The notes under the pieces are model-generated. The model did not search any database, had not been told where the DNA came from, and saw only the letters and a list, made by a program, of their open reading frames with translations. A stretch of DNA of 62,181 nucleotides, the filler included, from Callorhinchus milii (taxonomy: Eukaryota): NCBI RefSeq assembly GCF_018977255.1. It is 2 parts of 2 records of this genome, joined end to end, with 100 filler letters (N's around TTAATTAATTAA, not from the genome) between each part and the next. Parts side by side here need not be neighbours in the genome. Positions count along the whole stretch, not along the records: positions 31,237 to 62,181 come from NW_024705622.1; 1 more part is not named here. One strand, 5' to 3'. This document shows positions 48,951 to 62,181 of this stretch, piece after piece (position 1 is the stretch's first letter; every line of letters starts with the position of its first letter). A program made the translations under genes and the position numbers.

Positions 48951-50930
48951 GACTTATTGTGGCTGAGTGTGCAGTCGTGGAAGCTGAAGCTGCCATCGAC
49001 CGAGAAATTGAAAACACATTCACAGCAAAGGCTAATGACATGTTAATTCTCAAAATATAATTGCACAGCTTTTCTTATACATGTGATTAACCGTTGGCAA
49101 ACACTGAAGACCAAATAATTAAATTTAAACAGGAAATTTATCATATTTACCAAGAATGACACAAGCCATAAAGTTCAGTTTGTGAAGATAGTTTTCGATC
49201 CTTGTTTCTATGTTACTAGAAAGTTTCATCAAGAAACGTTAAGCATTGAAGCCTTACATACAATCGTGCCTCTATGAAAGTTTCATCCCAGTCTCCAGTC
49301 GTTTCCCCGTTAGCCGATCATATTTTTGTTCCAGGTGTTTATCAAATGCTCTCTTCTCATGAAATTAAAGTTACATCAGCCATCATTTGATGTTGGATAA
49401 TTTAGGTCCTCACAATCATCTGAATAAAATCTACAATCATCTGTTTTTCGTTACTGTGGGGTTAACAACAACAACCATTTGTAATTATACATCCCCCTCC
49501 ACGAAGTGTAGCGTCTCAGATCAAATACCCTCCCACTACATCTTCGCAAACGTTCTATCCTTTAACCGGCAGTGCAGACAGGCAGCGTAGATAGAGTTTA
49601 CCGGAGATTTCGAGTCTAAATCTGACCCGGGAATGTGGACAGACAGTGAAGAGAGAGATTTGTTCTGTCTCTGTCCGTGATCTGGGAGGTTTATTGTCTG
49701 TTTGGAGGGAGCTTTACACTATCTCTAACACCGAACTGCGAATTTTGACGGACTGTGAAGAGTGAACATCATTTCGTCGCTGGGAATGTGGATGGACAGC
49801 TTAGAGGGAGCTTAGAACCAAAGAACGTAAGAATTAGGAGCCGAAGCAGGCCATTTGGAACCTCAACCTGCTGTCCCCCCAACTAGCACCACTCGTTAAC
49901 CTCTCCCTGTCCACTGGCATCATAACCATTCCCCTAAACATGCCTACATTTAAAGAATCTTCCCTTGTTCCCATCAATGGCATCCCTGCTGCTCCATTAC
50001 AAACCTTCAATTACCCGCCTCCACTAATGCCTCTCACCCCCAGGCAGTCGAGAACCTTGTCCTCGATTTCACTGTGTTCCGGCTTGACGACGACAACTGG
50101 ACTTGCCGAATCTTCCCTCCGCATGTTGGAGATTATTCAGAAATCTGCAGATCATGTGATATCGCGCTCTAGGCTTGAGGAGCCGATCACCCAAGCTCTA
50201 CACACCTAACAACATGCCCGTTCCCTACACTCAGCGAAGTCCGGCTTCCTTTATTTCTTCCGCCTCGTTCGTCCACCATTGACGTGCAGGCGTTTAGCCA
50301 CCCTGCGAACATCGAATATAAAACCCTCGATTTTACCTTGAAGGCGCTCCACAGCTGCTCTCTACATCTCCGAACTCAACACTCTATATCAGCCTGCCGT
50401 TCACGACCCTGGGTGGACACCAGGCTGCTTCCGTTTGGCCGCATTTTTCGCTCCACCACTATCAGTCGTGTAATCAGCATCTCGTCCCTCTCACTCTGGA
50501 ACTCTATCCCTCAATCTCTCCACCACAATGCCTCTTATGCCTCCTTCAATTCCCCCTGAAGACCTTCATCTTCGACCAGTCTACCACACCTTCCTCCACT
50601 GCGCACCTTCCTTTCTGTCCCTCAACTCTCAGCTCGGGTGCAATACTCTGGTTTCCCAGCGCACTGTCCAACTTTCTGTCGTGAAGGCTCATTATAAGAA
50701 TAATTCATCTTTTGTTTTGTTGGTTCTGTCTATAACACTGACCAAGGAGTGTGGATGCACAGCGTAGATGGAGTTTTATTTTCTCTATACCTGACATGGG
50801 AGTTGGCCCGCAAACTGTAGAGGGAGCCTTTCCGTATCTCTAACACTGACCTGCAATTGTGGACGCATACTTTTATTTTTACAGATTTATATTCACAACA
50901 ACAAGTTAGCAGAGACGAGAGCGAAGTTTC

Positions 50931-52975
50931 TCAATTTAATAGTTTAACAATTAGAGTGAATGGGAGTTTCATCGCTTTGTTAATTTCCTCCCTGAATTTC
51001 GTCTGGGTAACCGCGTAAATACATGTGTTTGTGCAAGAACTTAAAAGCTTCAGCATGTAGCCAGTTTGCAAGCCAATATATAAAGGGTCATTGGGGCCAA
51101 CGCTGGAATATATTTTTGAAATTCTCCAATATAAGAAACATAAAACATATGTCATCCACAAAAATATAAAACTGATGGAAACAGCAAACAGTAAAACGAT
51201 GGATTTCCTTCGATTTTTCAACTCGGGATCACTGACACTCTCATCTCTATTACGGACCCCATTACGGTATCCCGCAATCTACTGCGGGCTCGACTGGCCA
51301 CCAGTATGTGCCTGACAGTCATGGAGTTGAGCAGCAAAATAAGAATGAAGGGTAGAATCGGGGTTAAAATATAAATAAGCGTGTCAAACGCTGCCCATGT
51401 GAGGGAAGCGAAATAGCTTATTTTTGGCATGCACCCCCGCGGTGTATTGTTAACTATGTGCTGTGGTTCCAATGCAAAATACCAGGGAATGTTTTGCACG
51501 AGGAAAAGCAAGCACAATGCCAATATTACTGCAACGGAAGTTTTTTGGGAACAATATTTTGCTTTGAAATTTTGGCAACAGATGGCTACATACCGATCAA
51601 ATGTGAAAGCCACAGTTAACCAGACAGAAATTGACGATGTTGAAGCAGCGAAGAACACTAGGATTCGACACACAGGTGTGATGGACACGAACGGATTTCG
51701 GAAATAAGAAGGAATAATTCGATAGAAAATCACTGATATGATAACTACCAACAGATCTGCTGTGGACATGGCCAGGAGATAGCGAGAGATACATCTGGAC
51801 AAACCACACCGCCCTCGAGACAGGATTACAATCGACAGCAAGTTAGCTGGAGAGAGACAGAGAAAAGCCCATCACAATGGTGCAACAACTTGCATTTACA
51901 TAATCCATTCCTAAAGTTGATACGGTGCGGATAAATCGAAAGCAGTGGACTCTCTGACCGTACAACTGATTCCTTTCTGTCCCACCTCCAAAGCACATCT
52001 TGTAGATTCGATGTAACATAGCACAAAACCTGCCTCAGGGAAGACAGAGACAGGGAAAGTGAGACAGACACGTACAGCCAGAGAGAGAAACAGACAGCTG
52101 CAGTGAAATAGACAAAAAGAGGCAGAAGAGAGAAGCATAGAGAGAGACAGATACAAACAAACGCAAACAGAATTATGGAAAGAAAAACTGAGAGACAGAT
52201 ACATAGACATAAACACAGAGAAAGTGATAGATAGAGAGAGACAGGGAAAGAAAGATCGAGACCGATACAAACACACGAAGACAGAAACATGCACAGACAA
52301 GCAGACAGAGAGACTGATACTGAGATACAGACAGAGGCAGGCAGGCAGATAGAACAATAACAAATGATTGCATTTATATTGCGCGCTTCACGTGGGAAGC
52401 ATGCCTATGATTATGTGGCCCTCGAACGCAGGTTCTCTATGCCTATATAATTAGGCCTGGTGTGAACCCAAGGGAGAATCAGCAGCGAAAGGTTAGCAAC
52501 AGAAATTGTCAGTGCCTTCCAAAGTAGTGACAGGATAGAGATTTACACACAGACGCAAACACAGATAAAAACAAACACGCAGGAATAAATGCACTCAGAA
52601 AGAGAGGACACAGACAGTTAGAGAGATAGACGCAGATACAGAGAGATACTTACAGACAGAGAGGCATATTCAGGGAGGAAGACAGAAACACCAAGGAAGG
52701 GATACGCAGAGAGACAAAGTGAGATACAAAGACAGACAAATACACAGGGAATAGCTGAGAATTAACGAGATACACCGAGACTGAGAGAGATTCAGAGAGA
52801 GTTATCTACATTCACAGCGCGAGATGCACATAGAGAGAGACGTATACAATGGCAGAGAGACGGAGAGAAACGGAGAGATCATCAGAGGGATAAACACAGT
52901 CAGAAATATATATGCTTAGAGCGCGAGAAACAAAGACGCATACAGACAGAGAGAGATATAGGAATACAACCAGAC

Positions 52976-53036
<61 letters not shown>

Positions 53037-54886
53037 TGCAGGGTCAAACACAGAAAGCACAATGACACAGTAAGATACAGAATTATGCACGTGCAGACAG
53101 AGGCAGAGAAATTTACAGACAGAGAAAGAAACACATGGAGACAGACATACAAGTAGATATAGTGACATAAAGAAACATCGAGATATAAGAATAAAAATAA
53201 TAATCCTTGCATTTGATATCGCGTTTTTCACGTCGGGAGGATGTCCCAAAGCGCTTCACAGAACACACTGTAAAGTGAATTGACTGTATATTTGTGGGCG
53301 AACGAGGCAGTCAATGGCGCACAGCAATGTCCCACGAACAGTCATAGATTGAAAATGACCAATGTATTATTGTTTTTTGTTTTGGAGGGATTATTATTAG
53401 GCGTGTGGAGTAAGGAAACTTCCCCAAGGTTTCGCTCTGCCTGCAATTGAACTCAGGTCCCTCACTTGCAAAGCGATTCCTCTCACCACCGTGCCGCAGG
53501 ACTCCACATATAGTGGCAAATAGAGATAGAGAGATAAAGAGATCTACACAGACAGAGACAAATACACACACACACACAGAGTCAGAGAGAGAGAGAGAAA
53601 CACAAGCAGACAGTGACACTCAGAAACAGGCAACTCATCGCTGGCTCTATTATTGTTTCACTCTTTGGATACCGTTTATCTTGAGTTTGAATTGTAAGTT
53701 AAATATATTGGAATGATACACAATTTGAATCATCGGATATATTTGTAATACAGGTTAATACACGTTATGCTTCTGAAACGGAAAGACAAACGTATTGCTA
53801 TCGTGCGGCCATCGCTAATAATACTCACATTACAAAAAATAATAATTAAATGTCCTTGATTCAGATTCAGCAGGTATGTCTCTCTAACATGTCGTTGGGA
53901 CGTTTCAGACGGCGCCAAATAACAACCTGTCAAGTGAATTCATTGCATATTTCGCAGGTGAAACTCACCAGCCAATTGCGCAGTTTTACAATTTTACAAT
54001 TTTGCGCAAAAATCCAGAAAACGCCAGAAGCCAACAGCTTGTAACTGGCACAGCTCAACCTTCATCTCAATAGGGTGTTTTGGCCTACATACCACAAATT
54101 TCTTAAAGACAGGAGCAGTAAAATTTAAGCCAGACCAGTATATATTGGTTCAGCACATTATATAAAATAATAAGTCCGAATGCAATTTTCGGATCTCGCT
54201 CTCCCACTTCCTGTAATTTGTATTATTTAATAGAAATAGCACTATACAGAACGAATGCAATTTGATACAGCGCTACCTGGCGTCATCCAACCATATGAAA
54301 CCATCTGATGAGAGTTTGCTGCAAAGATTGCATTTGTTGGCACATCCTGCAGCTGAAGAGCTCATAAACAGCCGTCCAGTGAATTATCAACGTTATCCTG
54401 CACATTGTTGCCCAAGAAACCCAAATCAATTCCATTTACTTTTCGATTTGTGGCATAAGATTTTAACGTCTAAAGAGGCAAGCCGGAATTTTCTTATAAA
54501 GTTGTTGTTCAAATCACGGCTCCTTAAGGAATGGACAATTTACCGTCATGGGGCTGGAACCCACACATTTCTGAGTCAGAGGGGAACGTGCTACCAGCTG
54601 AGTCAGGCTGGATACTTTAGGTTACTGCAAACTAATCCAACTGATCAATTGGTTAAAATAGGAAAGTAGTTAGAGCTGTATCTGGTATCAGCAGAATAGT
54701 CACTGGGAACACCGCCTCTCAGGCAGCATCCATGGAGAGAAAAAATAAATAAACTTTTCAGGTCAACGACCTTTCGGCAGAACTACAGATCTATGTTGAA
54801 TTAGTTAAACACTTGCCAGGAACTCCAAATGCAGCGAGAACGGGATAGTAAATATGTGTTATCCTGTGTATCAGCGCAATCGCCAT
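50931..54886 (-). CDS. GPR139-like class A GPCR, copy C (exons 54886-54817, 51846-50931); GC-AG intron; one 1-bp deletion
   Basis: Exon 1 MAIALIHRITHIYYPVLAAFGVP. Exon 2 ANLLSIVILSRGRCG, YLLAMSTADLL, FTFDRYVAICC, RRKSIVLLF, CTNTCIYAVTQTKFREE. The frame is restored by one extra G at 51271-51273. Confidence 0.85.
52030..53190. repeat. AG-rich low-complexity intron segment with a perfect (AG)n at ~52977-53031
   Basis: Direct reading. Confidence 0.85.
53190..53510 (-). mobile_element. tRNA-derived SINE with an L2-like tail (right-block family)
   Basis: Head with B box GAGTTCAATT and tail TGTGAAGCGCTTTGGGACATCCTCC..GACGTGAAA..CGC. Related copies at ~35535-35915, 37415-37760, 41430-41780, 44790-45140, 45500-45810 and 59260-59570. 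Confidence 0.75.
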
Positions 54887-55904
54887 ACTCGCAGAGAACC
54901 GGTGGTACCACCTCTCGGTACAGACAGTAGCTCACATTAACAAGATGATGTTCAAGAGCAAAAAAGACAGTCGGATTTGTACCAACGGTGAACGCTTCAT
55001 TGAGCAGATGTATTGTATTATCATGATGGAGTGTTTGTCCATGTGGAAAACATATACTCTCCCTTGAGCTGTGCCAATTACATCAATTATTTATTTTTCT
55101 CGAACTTGTTATCTCACCCATGCGGAAACCCATGACTAAGCTTTCCCGCATCCGCGTGGCTGCCCTGCGTGAAGGGGAGTATATCAATATCAATTATTAT
55201 TACTGAAATATACAAACGGAATGAAAGATCCGCATATATCCCCATTTACAGATGAAAATCACCACGTGTTTAGAATGGAAAGCACATGCTCTGCGGGTGA
55301 CACGAATCCTCCTGAAACACTATTGGGAAAATTGATGGCAGGATGGTAGGTACCAAGTTTTTGGGACCCCAACGTGGGCACTGAAGTACAGTTGGAGGTT
55401 AACGAGCTCATAAGGAAATTCTTGCCACAGAGAATATTACCCCGAACAATTCCAAAACGACTTCTCTTCTTTCCGTAAATTGTGCTTAAATTGTCGTATT
55501 AGCTACAATACAGAAACGTCTCAGTTTGGCTCGATGGCAATATTCTCGCCTCTGTATCGGAAAGTTGTAGATTCAAGCCCCAAATTGGGGCGCTCCAGTA
55601 AAATAATGGATCATTCTCTCCTGACAGCAGTTTGAACATAAATGACATTTCCGACTGCTGTCCACACACCGCTAATTTTCCCTTTGATTATACCAAGCCT
55701 GGGTACTGCACACACAGAACGTCATTGTATTCTTTGCACTTATGCTGGTGAGCAGCGAGGCACGTTTTGTGCCCTCTCTCTTGGAATTCACAAGATTAGG
55801 ATTTGAGGTGGGAGATGTGACTGTTGTGACAGCGAAATTTCCACAGCTTTTTGCTTGATCGGCACAAAATGAAGTGTAGCAATGAATCATTGTGACTGAA
55901 CTCA

Positions 55905-56075
55905 AATTACAGCGGATGCTGGGACATTCAGGAGGTTAGGCATCGTCTATGAAGAATGGAAAGTGAGTCAACGTTTTGGGTCCACGAACCTTCGTAAGAA
56001 AAGTTCTGAATTCTGACGGATAGCCGTGGACCCGAAACCTTGATTCACTTTTATTTGTACACAGATGTTGCCCGT
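55905..56075. mobile_element. Inverted pair of Penelope-like short repeats
   Basis: AAGTGAGTCAACGTTTTGGGTCCACG ... CGTGGACCCGAAACCTTGATTCACTT. Confidence 0.55.
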
Positions 56076-58219
56076 TCATTTTGATTGATCAATTTTGTTT
56101 GTTTGTTTGTTTATTTGTTTGATTGTTTGTTTCTTTCTCTCTCTCTTCTTTCTTTCTTTCTTTCTTTCTTTAACTAACCAAGTGTTGTTTCTGATCTGCC
56201 TTATTACGTTCAACTTTTATCATCCTGTGAAGATTGAATGTCAAAATCTGAGAAAAAAACATAGCACTGAAAAAATAGCTTCCAAAGAAATAGGTATTGA
56301 ATATGATTTTGGTTATGATAGAATCATAGAATCATACAGCACAGAAAGATGCCATTCCACCGATCGTGAATGCGTTGGCTCGTAAAGAGCAATCCAACTC
56401 AATCCTACCGGCCAGTTTTCTCTCCATCGCCCTGGTTGATTGGGACGGGGAAACGTTGTATATGTGTTTGTCAATGATTTAACTTAAGTTGAGCATCCTC
56501 CAGCGAGAAGAAGACAATAGAGAATCATTGGCATCATTCCCTTTCTGTACATGCCCACCGCTATTTAAACGTTTCCTTAATACAGAAACTACTGTCTCTG
56601 AGTTTGATTATTTCTGTGTTCGATATCTGAAAATTAAGAGTTCAGTTTTATTTAAGTGGCAGAGAGTTTCTTCACAGTTAATGTCAGATTGTTCCAATTT
56701 CTGTGACTGCCGTTGACTGTCTTTCCTTCATCCTATCAATGAGCCAGTGGAGATCATCTTTCATCAGCAGAGTTGTGAAATACTGTGTAGCCACCTGGGT
56801 CAACAACTGGACAACAATAACAAGTGGCCTGTACACAGTACCATTTCTGTTGGGAGGACGTCCCAAGTCGCTGAAATGTCAATGGTTTGCATCGGATGGA
56901 GGTTGGCTTTGTAGTGGTGGAGAATAAGATTGCCAGTCGAAGAGGAATATTTTGAGATGGGCCTGCAAGGCTGCAAATGAAGTGGAGAGGCAAAGGTTTC
57001 TGGGGATGGAGTTACAGAAGTGGGGGCAGATAGGCTGAAAGCCCAAATCCCAATGGTGTGTTGTGCAAGGTAGGGCAGTTAACTGGACAAAAGATGAGAG
57101 CGGGTGTGAATAGACTGCACAGGCCAAATCGGGCTACACCGCAGAGGGCTTTCAAAGTAAGCACGATGTTAAGATCAGCCAGTACCTGGTGGTTATGTTC
57201 ACCCGCGGATATGATTTTGTCTCTGATCTCTCGATGGCTGTGATCAAACCATTTAAAACATTGACAATCGTGCTTTACGAAACGCTTTCTTCAATGATGG
57301 ATGCTTTGAATTTCATCCCATTTTCAGCTGTTTACCACACAGCGTTTTCATATTGTTGTTCCAGATGTTGATCAATTTTTCTTATTATGACATATGAATC
57401 TACCTCAACCATGGTTTCGTGTTGGGAATTCCACTCCCCAACAACTATCTCTATAAAATCTACAATTGTCTGCATTTAACTTAGATTGCAGAGAATTTTG
57501 GTTGCAATGTTTCAAGAGAGTGGATTGGTGTCCATAAAGATCTGATAGCTTTCTGAGATAAACAAAAATATTTTATTAATGCCCGTAATTCTACGACCAC
57601 AGTGGTGTTCATCAAATTATCTAATTTAATAATCTGTATTACTCCACACGAAGTAAATGAAAATTATTTCAGATTTCACATCAATTAAATTAATTTGCAT
57701 AAATAGTATCTGCCTGTTTCCTCTCTTGCTGTTTACCAGTTGATCGTTGACTTTAAAACACAGAAAGATCTGCTCCGCCTGTGGTCACCCAATGTATTGA
57801 GTAATAAAGAGTTTACTGGAGAATGGCTTCCTTATCTGATTGTAATGATTTCCAAAGCCGAGAAGGCAGCAGTGCTGGGGAAATCTCAAGTTAATTCTGT
57901 ATTACTCAAAGGAGCACTACGTTCTGGACAGAAAAAGCACAATAGCTGAACATGCTGCTTTAGTTATCACAACTTTGCATGTATGTATTTTAATCAACAA
58001 TGATTTCCGGATTCGCAGTTAATCAGAATATTCCCAGTCACGAGAAAAAACAGTTCAAATTTCCCAATTGAGTGCAAATCTAAGGCTAAACAATTGAATA
58101 CCTATCATCAGCTTTTGACAAGTTTGCAAACTTGTTGTGGAAGAATAATGCTGAAAGGGAATAAAGTGAATGTGTCAGTCTGGCTCAGCAGCTGGGTAGC
58201 ACTCTCAAAAAAAAACAAA

Positions 58220-59185
58220 TATTTAAAGAGCGCGTTTCACTTCGGGAGGACTTCCCAGAACACTGAGAGTCAGGTGTCGGGGCCCGAGCACGAGGGGAGG
58301 ATGTTGAAGTACTGAGGCGAGGCAGAGAGTTGGGAGGGCGACCGAAGGCAAGCTCAAGAGAAGGGTCTTGGGAATGGCGTTGAAGGAATCAAGGGAGGAG
58401 GCGAGGCGAATGCACGGCGATGGTCTTCCAGAATCTGGGGGCAGAGAGGCTGAAAGCACGGGCACCGATCGTAGGGCGGGTCAGGCCGGAAACATGGAGA
58501 TGGCGGGAGCCCGATGAACGGAGGAAGGGAGCGGGCAGGTTGATAGAGAGGCAGGTCAGAGACGTAGGAGGGTGCAAGATCATGGATGGCCTCCAACGTG
58601 AGGACGTGGGACTTGAACTCGATCCTCTGGCGCATGGGGAGACAGTTGCGTCGGGCGAGGGAGGGAGCGATGGGGTCACGGAGCCTGGTTCGTGAGAGTC
58701 CACGAGCTGCAGAGATTTGTATGATCCGCAGCTATTGAAGCGAAGAGTTGGGAAGGCCGAAGAGGAGGGTGTTCCCGTAATCAAGCCTTGAGTTGGCGAA
58801 TGAATGGGTGAGGGTTTCTGCAGCCTGAGGGGTGAGGCAATGGCGGAGTCTGGCAATATTACGGAGCTAGTGGTACTCATTGCCAGTAATAGCGCGGATG
58901 TGGGTAAGAAAGGACATTTCAGGGTCAAACAAAATACCCAGGATCCCGACTGACTTGGTGGGGTGAGTGTACAGCTGTGGAAGTTGATGATGCCAGCGCT
59001 GAGGCGAGGTAATGAGGAGAGCCTCGATCTTGCTGACGTTGTGTTGGAGAAAGTTCGCCCTCGTCCAGGACTTGAGGTCGGAGAGGCATTTGGTCAGGAC
59101 GCCAGTAATCCTGGAGTTCAGGGTGGAGGCAAAGATGTAGAGTTTGGTGTCATCCGCCTACATGTTGAAATTTACCTCAAGTCTA
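58220..59185 (-). mobile_element. L2 LINE RT C-terminal fragment
   Basis: *ADDTKLY, VRQRIEFK, RPTIGARAFSLSAP and an L2 tail. Confidence 0.8.
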
Positions 59186-60360
59186 CTGATGATGATCAAT
59201 AATCCAAAATATTCCCGCAGCACCGCCTAGCGGTTAAATTATAATAATACATATTAGTAATAATAATCCTTGCATTTGATATGGGGATTTTCACGTCTTC
59301 TGGACGTCCCGAAGAGCTTCACAGAATATACCGTAAAGTAAATTAACTACATATTTGTGTGCGAAACGCGGCAGTTAATTGCACAGAGCAGTGTCCCGCA
59401 AGCAGTCGAGAATTGAATTGTCCAAATTACCATCGTGTTTATTTTCTTGAGCTATTAATATCGGGGAGTGGAGTTTGAAACTTGCAAAAGTTTAGCCTTG
59501 CCATGAATAAAACCCAATCCACTCGCTGGCGCGCTGAGTGCTCTTACCATTGAGCTACAGGACTCCACTACATCAGTGTATGAACGACATACACTGTGCT
59601 TAATTTGAACGAATTTGAAATATAAAAGCGCAGGAAATACATTTCTCTTTTGGACTGCAGCCTCTCCTGATCAGTAAGTCCTCTTGTTGGTGAACAGAGG
59701 AATCCGTTGAGATTCTCTTAAGAAAACATAAAATCCAAATGAAATTCATGCTTCCTGCTGCTCAAGAGGCTCATGTTTCTAAATTGTCATCATGAAATAA
59801 CAACAAGGTAAGATTTCTGAATTCCAAAATAATGCTGCAGCGCCGCTAAGCGGTTGCATCAGAACTTGAGCTACACTGTTTTTAAATGGTTGTGATTCCT
59901 TCAACATTTGCTTCAACGACTTGCGTTTTGCACGAAACAACAACTCAGTTAACGATTGGTTATGCAATCTAGGGCTCCCGAGAATTCAAAGCAAACTTCT
60001 CAGGGAAATGGCATCGGCTTGAAATGGAATTGAGAAACTCCTTCGACAAAATGTTAATGCTTTACTTGTTATATCTGGCTTTCGGATATTATATATCTGG
60101 CTGGGATATTGTTCTGAAATTGTCAGCGCATGTCAGTGCGGAACCCGTGCTGTCCCCTTGCATCTCAGTGAGGCTATCACACGTTGTCATTGACCTATCA
60201 GCTTTTTCCCTTTATACCAAAAGATTTTAGCGCCACTATATTGACGTTATGTTCCTGGTTTCTTATTGGAAATTTAATTCAATTACTTGAATTTATGATT
60301 GAAGCAGGTAGTGCAATCTGTGGCATACTCGTGCTGACAGTTTTGGTTTAATTCTACAGA

Positions 60361-62181
60361 TAACAACAACAACAACAACAACAAGATTCCATTTATAGAG
60401 CGCCTTTCACGTCAGGAGGACGTCCCAAGGCGCTGCACAGTTGGGTCATGACCCGAGCAGGGGGGAAATGGTCAGGGTGAGGGGAGGGAAGGGAGGGAGA
60501 GAGGAGGGGGAAATGGTCAGGGTGAGGGGAGGGAAGGGAGGGAGCGAGGAGGAGGAAGAGAGTCGAGAGGGGAGCTGAAGGCACGGTCAAAGAGAAAGGT
60601 TTTGAGACCGGCCTTGAAGGAGGAAAGGGAGGAAGCAAGGCGAAGGCACTGGGGGATGGAGTTCCAGAGCCTCGGGGCTGAGAGGCTGAAGGCCCGACCA
60701 CCGATAGTAGGGCGGTTGGGGCGGGGGACGTGGAGCAGACCGGAGCCAGAGGAACGGAGGGTACGGGCAGGTAGGTAGGGGGATAGTAGGTTGGAGAGGT
60801 AGGAGGGAGCAAGGCCGTGAATGGCCTTGTAGGTGAGGATGAGGATCTTGAAATCAATCCTCTGGGGGATGGGGAGCCAGTGGAGGCGAGCGAGGGTGGG
60901 AGTGATGTGTCCGAAGCCTGGTGCGGGACAGTACACGAGCTGCAGAGTTCTGAATGACCTGCAGCTTGTGGAGGGAGGTGGCGGGAAGGCCGGCGAGGAG
61001 AGAGTTCCCATAGTCCAGCCTTGAGGTGACAAAGGCGTGAACCAGGGTTTCAGCAGCGTGAGGGGTGAGGTAGTGCCGTAATCTGGCGATATTCCGGAGG
61101 TGATGGAAGGCGGTGCCAGTTGTGGTGCGGATGTGAGGGAGAAAGGACAGCTCAGGGTCGAACAAAACGCCGAGGTTCCTGACTGGCTTTGAGAGGTGGA
61201 GAGTGCAGCCTTGGATGCTGATGGTGTCAGCGCCTGAGGTGCGGAGGCGCTGACGTGAGCCAATCAGGAGGGCCTCGGTTTTTTGCACGTTGAGCTGAAG
61301 AAAGTTGTCTCTCGTCCAGGACTCGATGTCGGACAGGCAGGCTGTCAGGACATCGGTGGTCGTGGAGTTGAGAGTAGAGGAGGAAAGGTAGAGTTGGGTG
61401 TCATCCGCATACATGTGGAAGTTAACCCCATGTTTGCGGATGATGTCACCAAGGGGGAGCATATAGAGGGTGAAGAGGAGGGGACCGAGGACAGAGCCCT
61501 GAGGGACACCACATGAGACAGTACGGGGGGTGGAGGAGAAGCCATTCGTTGAGACGAAGTGAAGACGGTGAGAAAGGTACGACCTAAACCATTCAAGGAC
61601 AGTGCCTTGAAGTTGAGGTGGGAGGACAAGCGGTGGAGTAGGATAGTGTGGTCGACCGTATCGAATGCTGCCGATAGGTCGAGGAGGACGAGGAGACAGA
61701 GGGAGCCCTGGTCACAGATGGTCAGGATATCATTGGTGACCTTGACCAGGGCAGTTTCTGTGCTATGAGCAGCACGGAAACCTGACTGAAGGGGTTCAAA
61801 AAGAGAATGGGTGGAGAGGAAAGAGCGCAGTTGGGAGGCGACAACTCTTTCCAAGACTTGGAGAGAAAGGGGAGGTTGGAGATGGGCCGGTAGCTTGATA
61901 GCTGCGACGCATCAAGGGAGGGTTTTTTCAGGGTGGGCGTGATGATGGCAGTTTTTAATGGAATGGGGACAGAGCCAGAGGAGAGGGACAGGTTTATGAT
62001 GTCAGTGATGTGTGGGCAAGAAAATGGAGCTGGGAGATAAGGAGTGGAGTGGGGATGGGGTCAAGGGAGCAGGTGGTTGGTTTTAGGGATAGGATGAGTT
62101 CAGTGACAGAGGGTGGGGAAACGGGTACGAAGGTGTGTAGGGGAGGATGGGTAGGAGTCGGAGTGTGGGAGGGAAGGGGTG
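60361..62181 (-). mobile_element. Young L2-clade LINE, RT and 3' end (runs off the window)
   Basis: [67 protein letters not shown] and a (TTG)n tail. A few 1-bp frameshifts. Confidence 0.95.

Noticed and set aside
51826..53619. Hydrophobic Leu/Ser/Cys-rich ORFs resembling membrane proteins
   Set aside because: Translations of (CT)/(GT)-rich intronic low-complexity DNA.

Overview
Vertebrate genomic DNA, rich in repeats, in two blocks joined by an artificial 100-nt spacer (44 N + TTAATTAATTAA + 44 N, 31137-31236). The LEFT block (1-31136) looks lamprey-like (inference from very high GC3 and its repeat families). It holds a PPM1B/PPM1A-like protein phosphatase gene on the minus strand (6 coding exons, 25198-20303; an apparently extra intron, an acidic loop insert and two 1-bp frameshifts). 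It also holds a decayed Tx1-clade LINE interrupted by a Chapaev-type DNA transposon, Penelope-like fragments with minimal hammerhead ribozymes, a V-SINE family with 1, 2, ~4 or 12 tandem tRNA-derived heads, a second tRNA-derived SINE family, a hAT MITE, Helentron-like elements and several minisatellites. The RIGHT block (31237-62181) looks like cartilaginous fish. It holds three two-exon GPR139-like GPCR genes or pseudogenes among L2 and CR1 LINE debris and an L2-tailed SINE, plus a young L2 5' half led by four identical 88-bp promoter-like monomers. I see no repeat family shared across the spacer, so the two halves should not be read as syntenic. All family names come from motif recognition, not from database searches.
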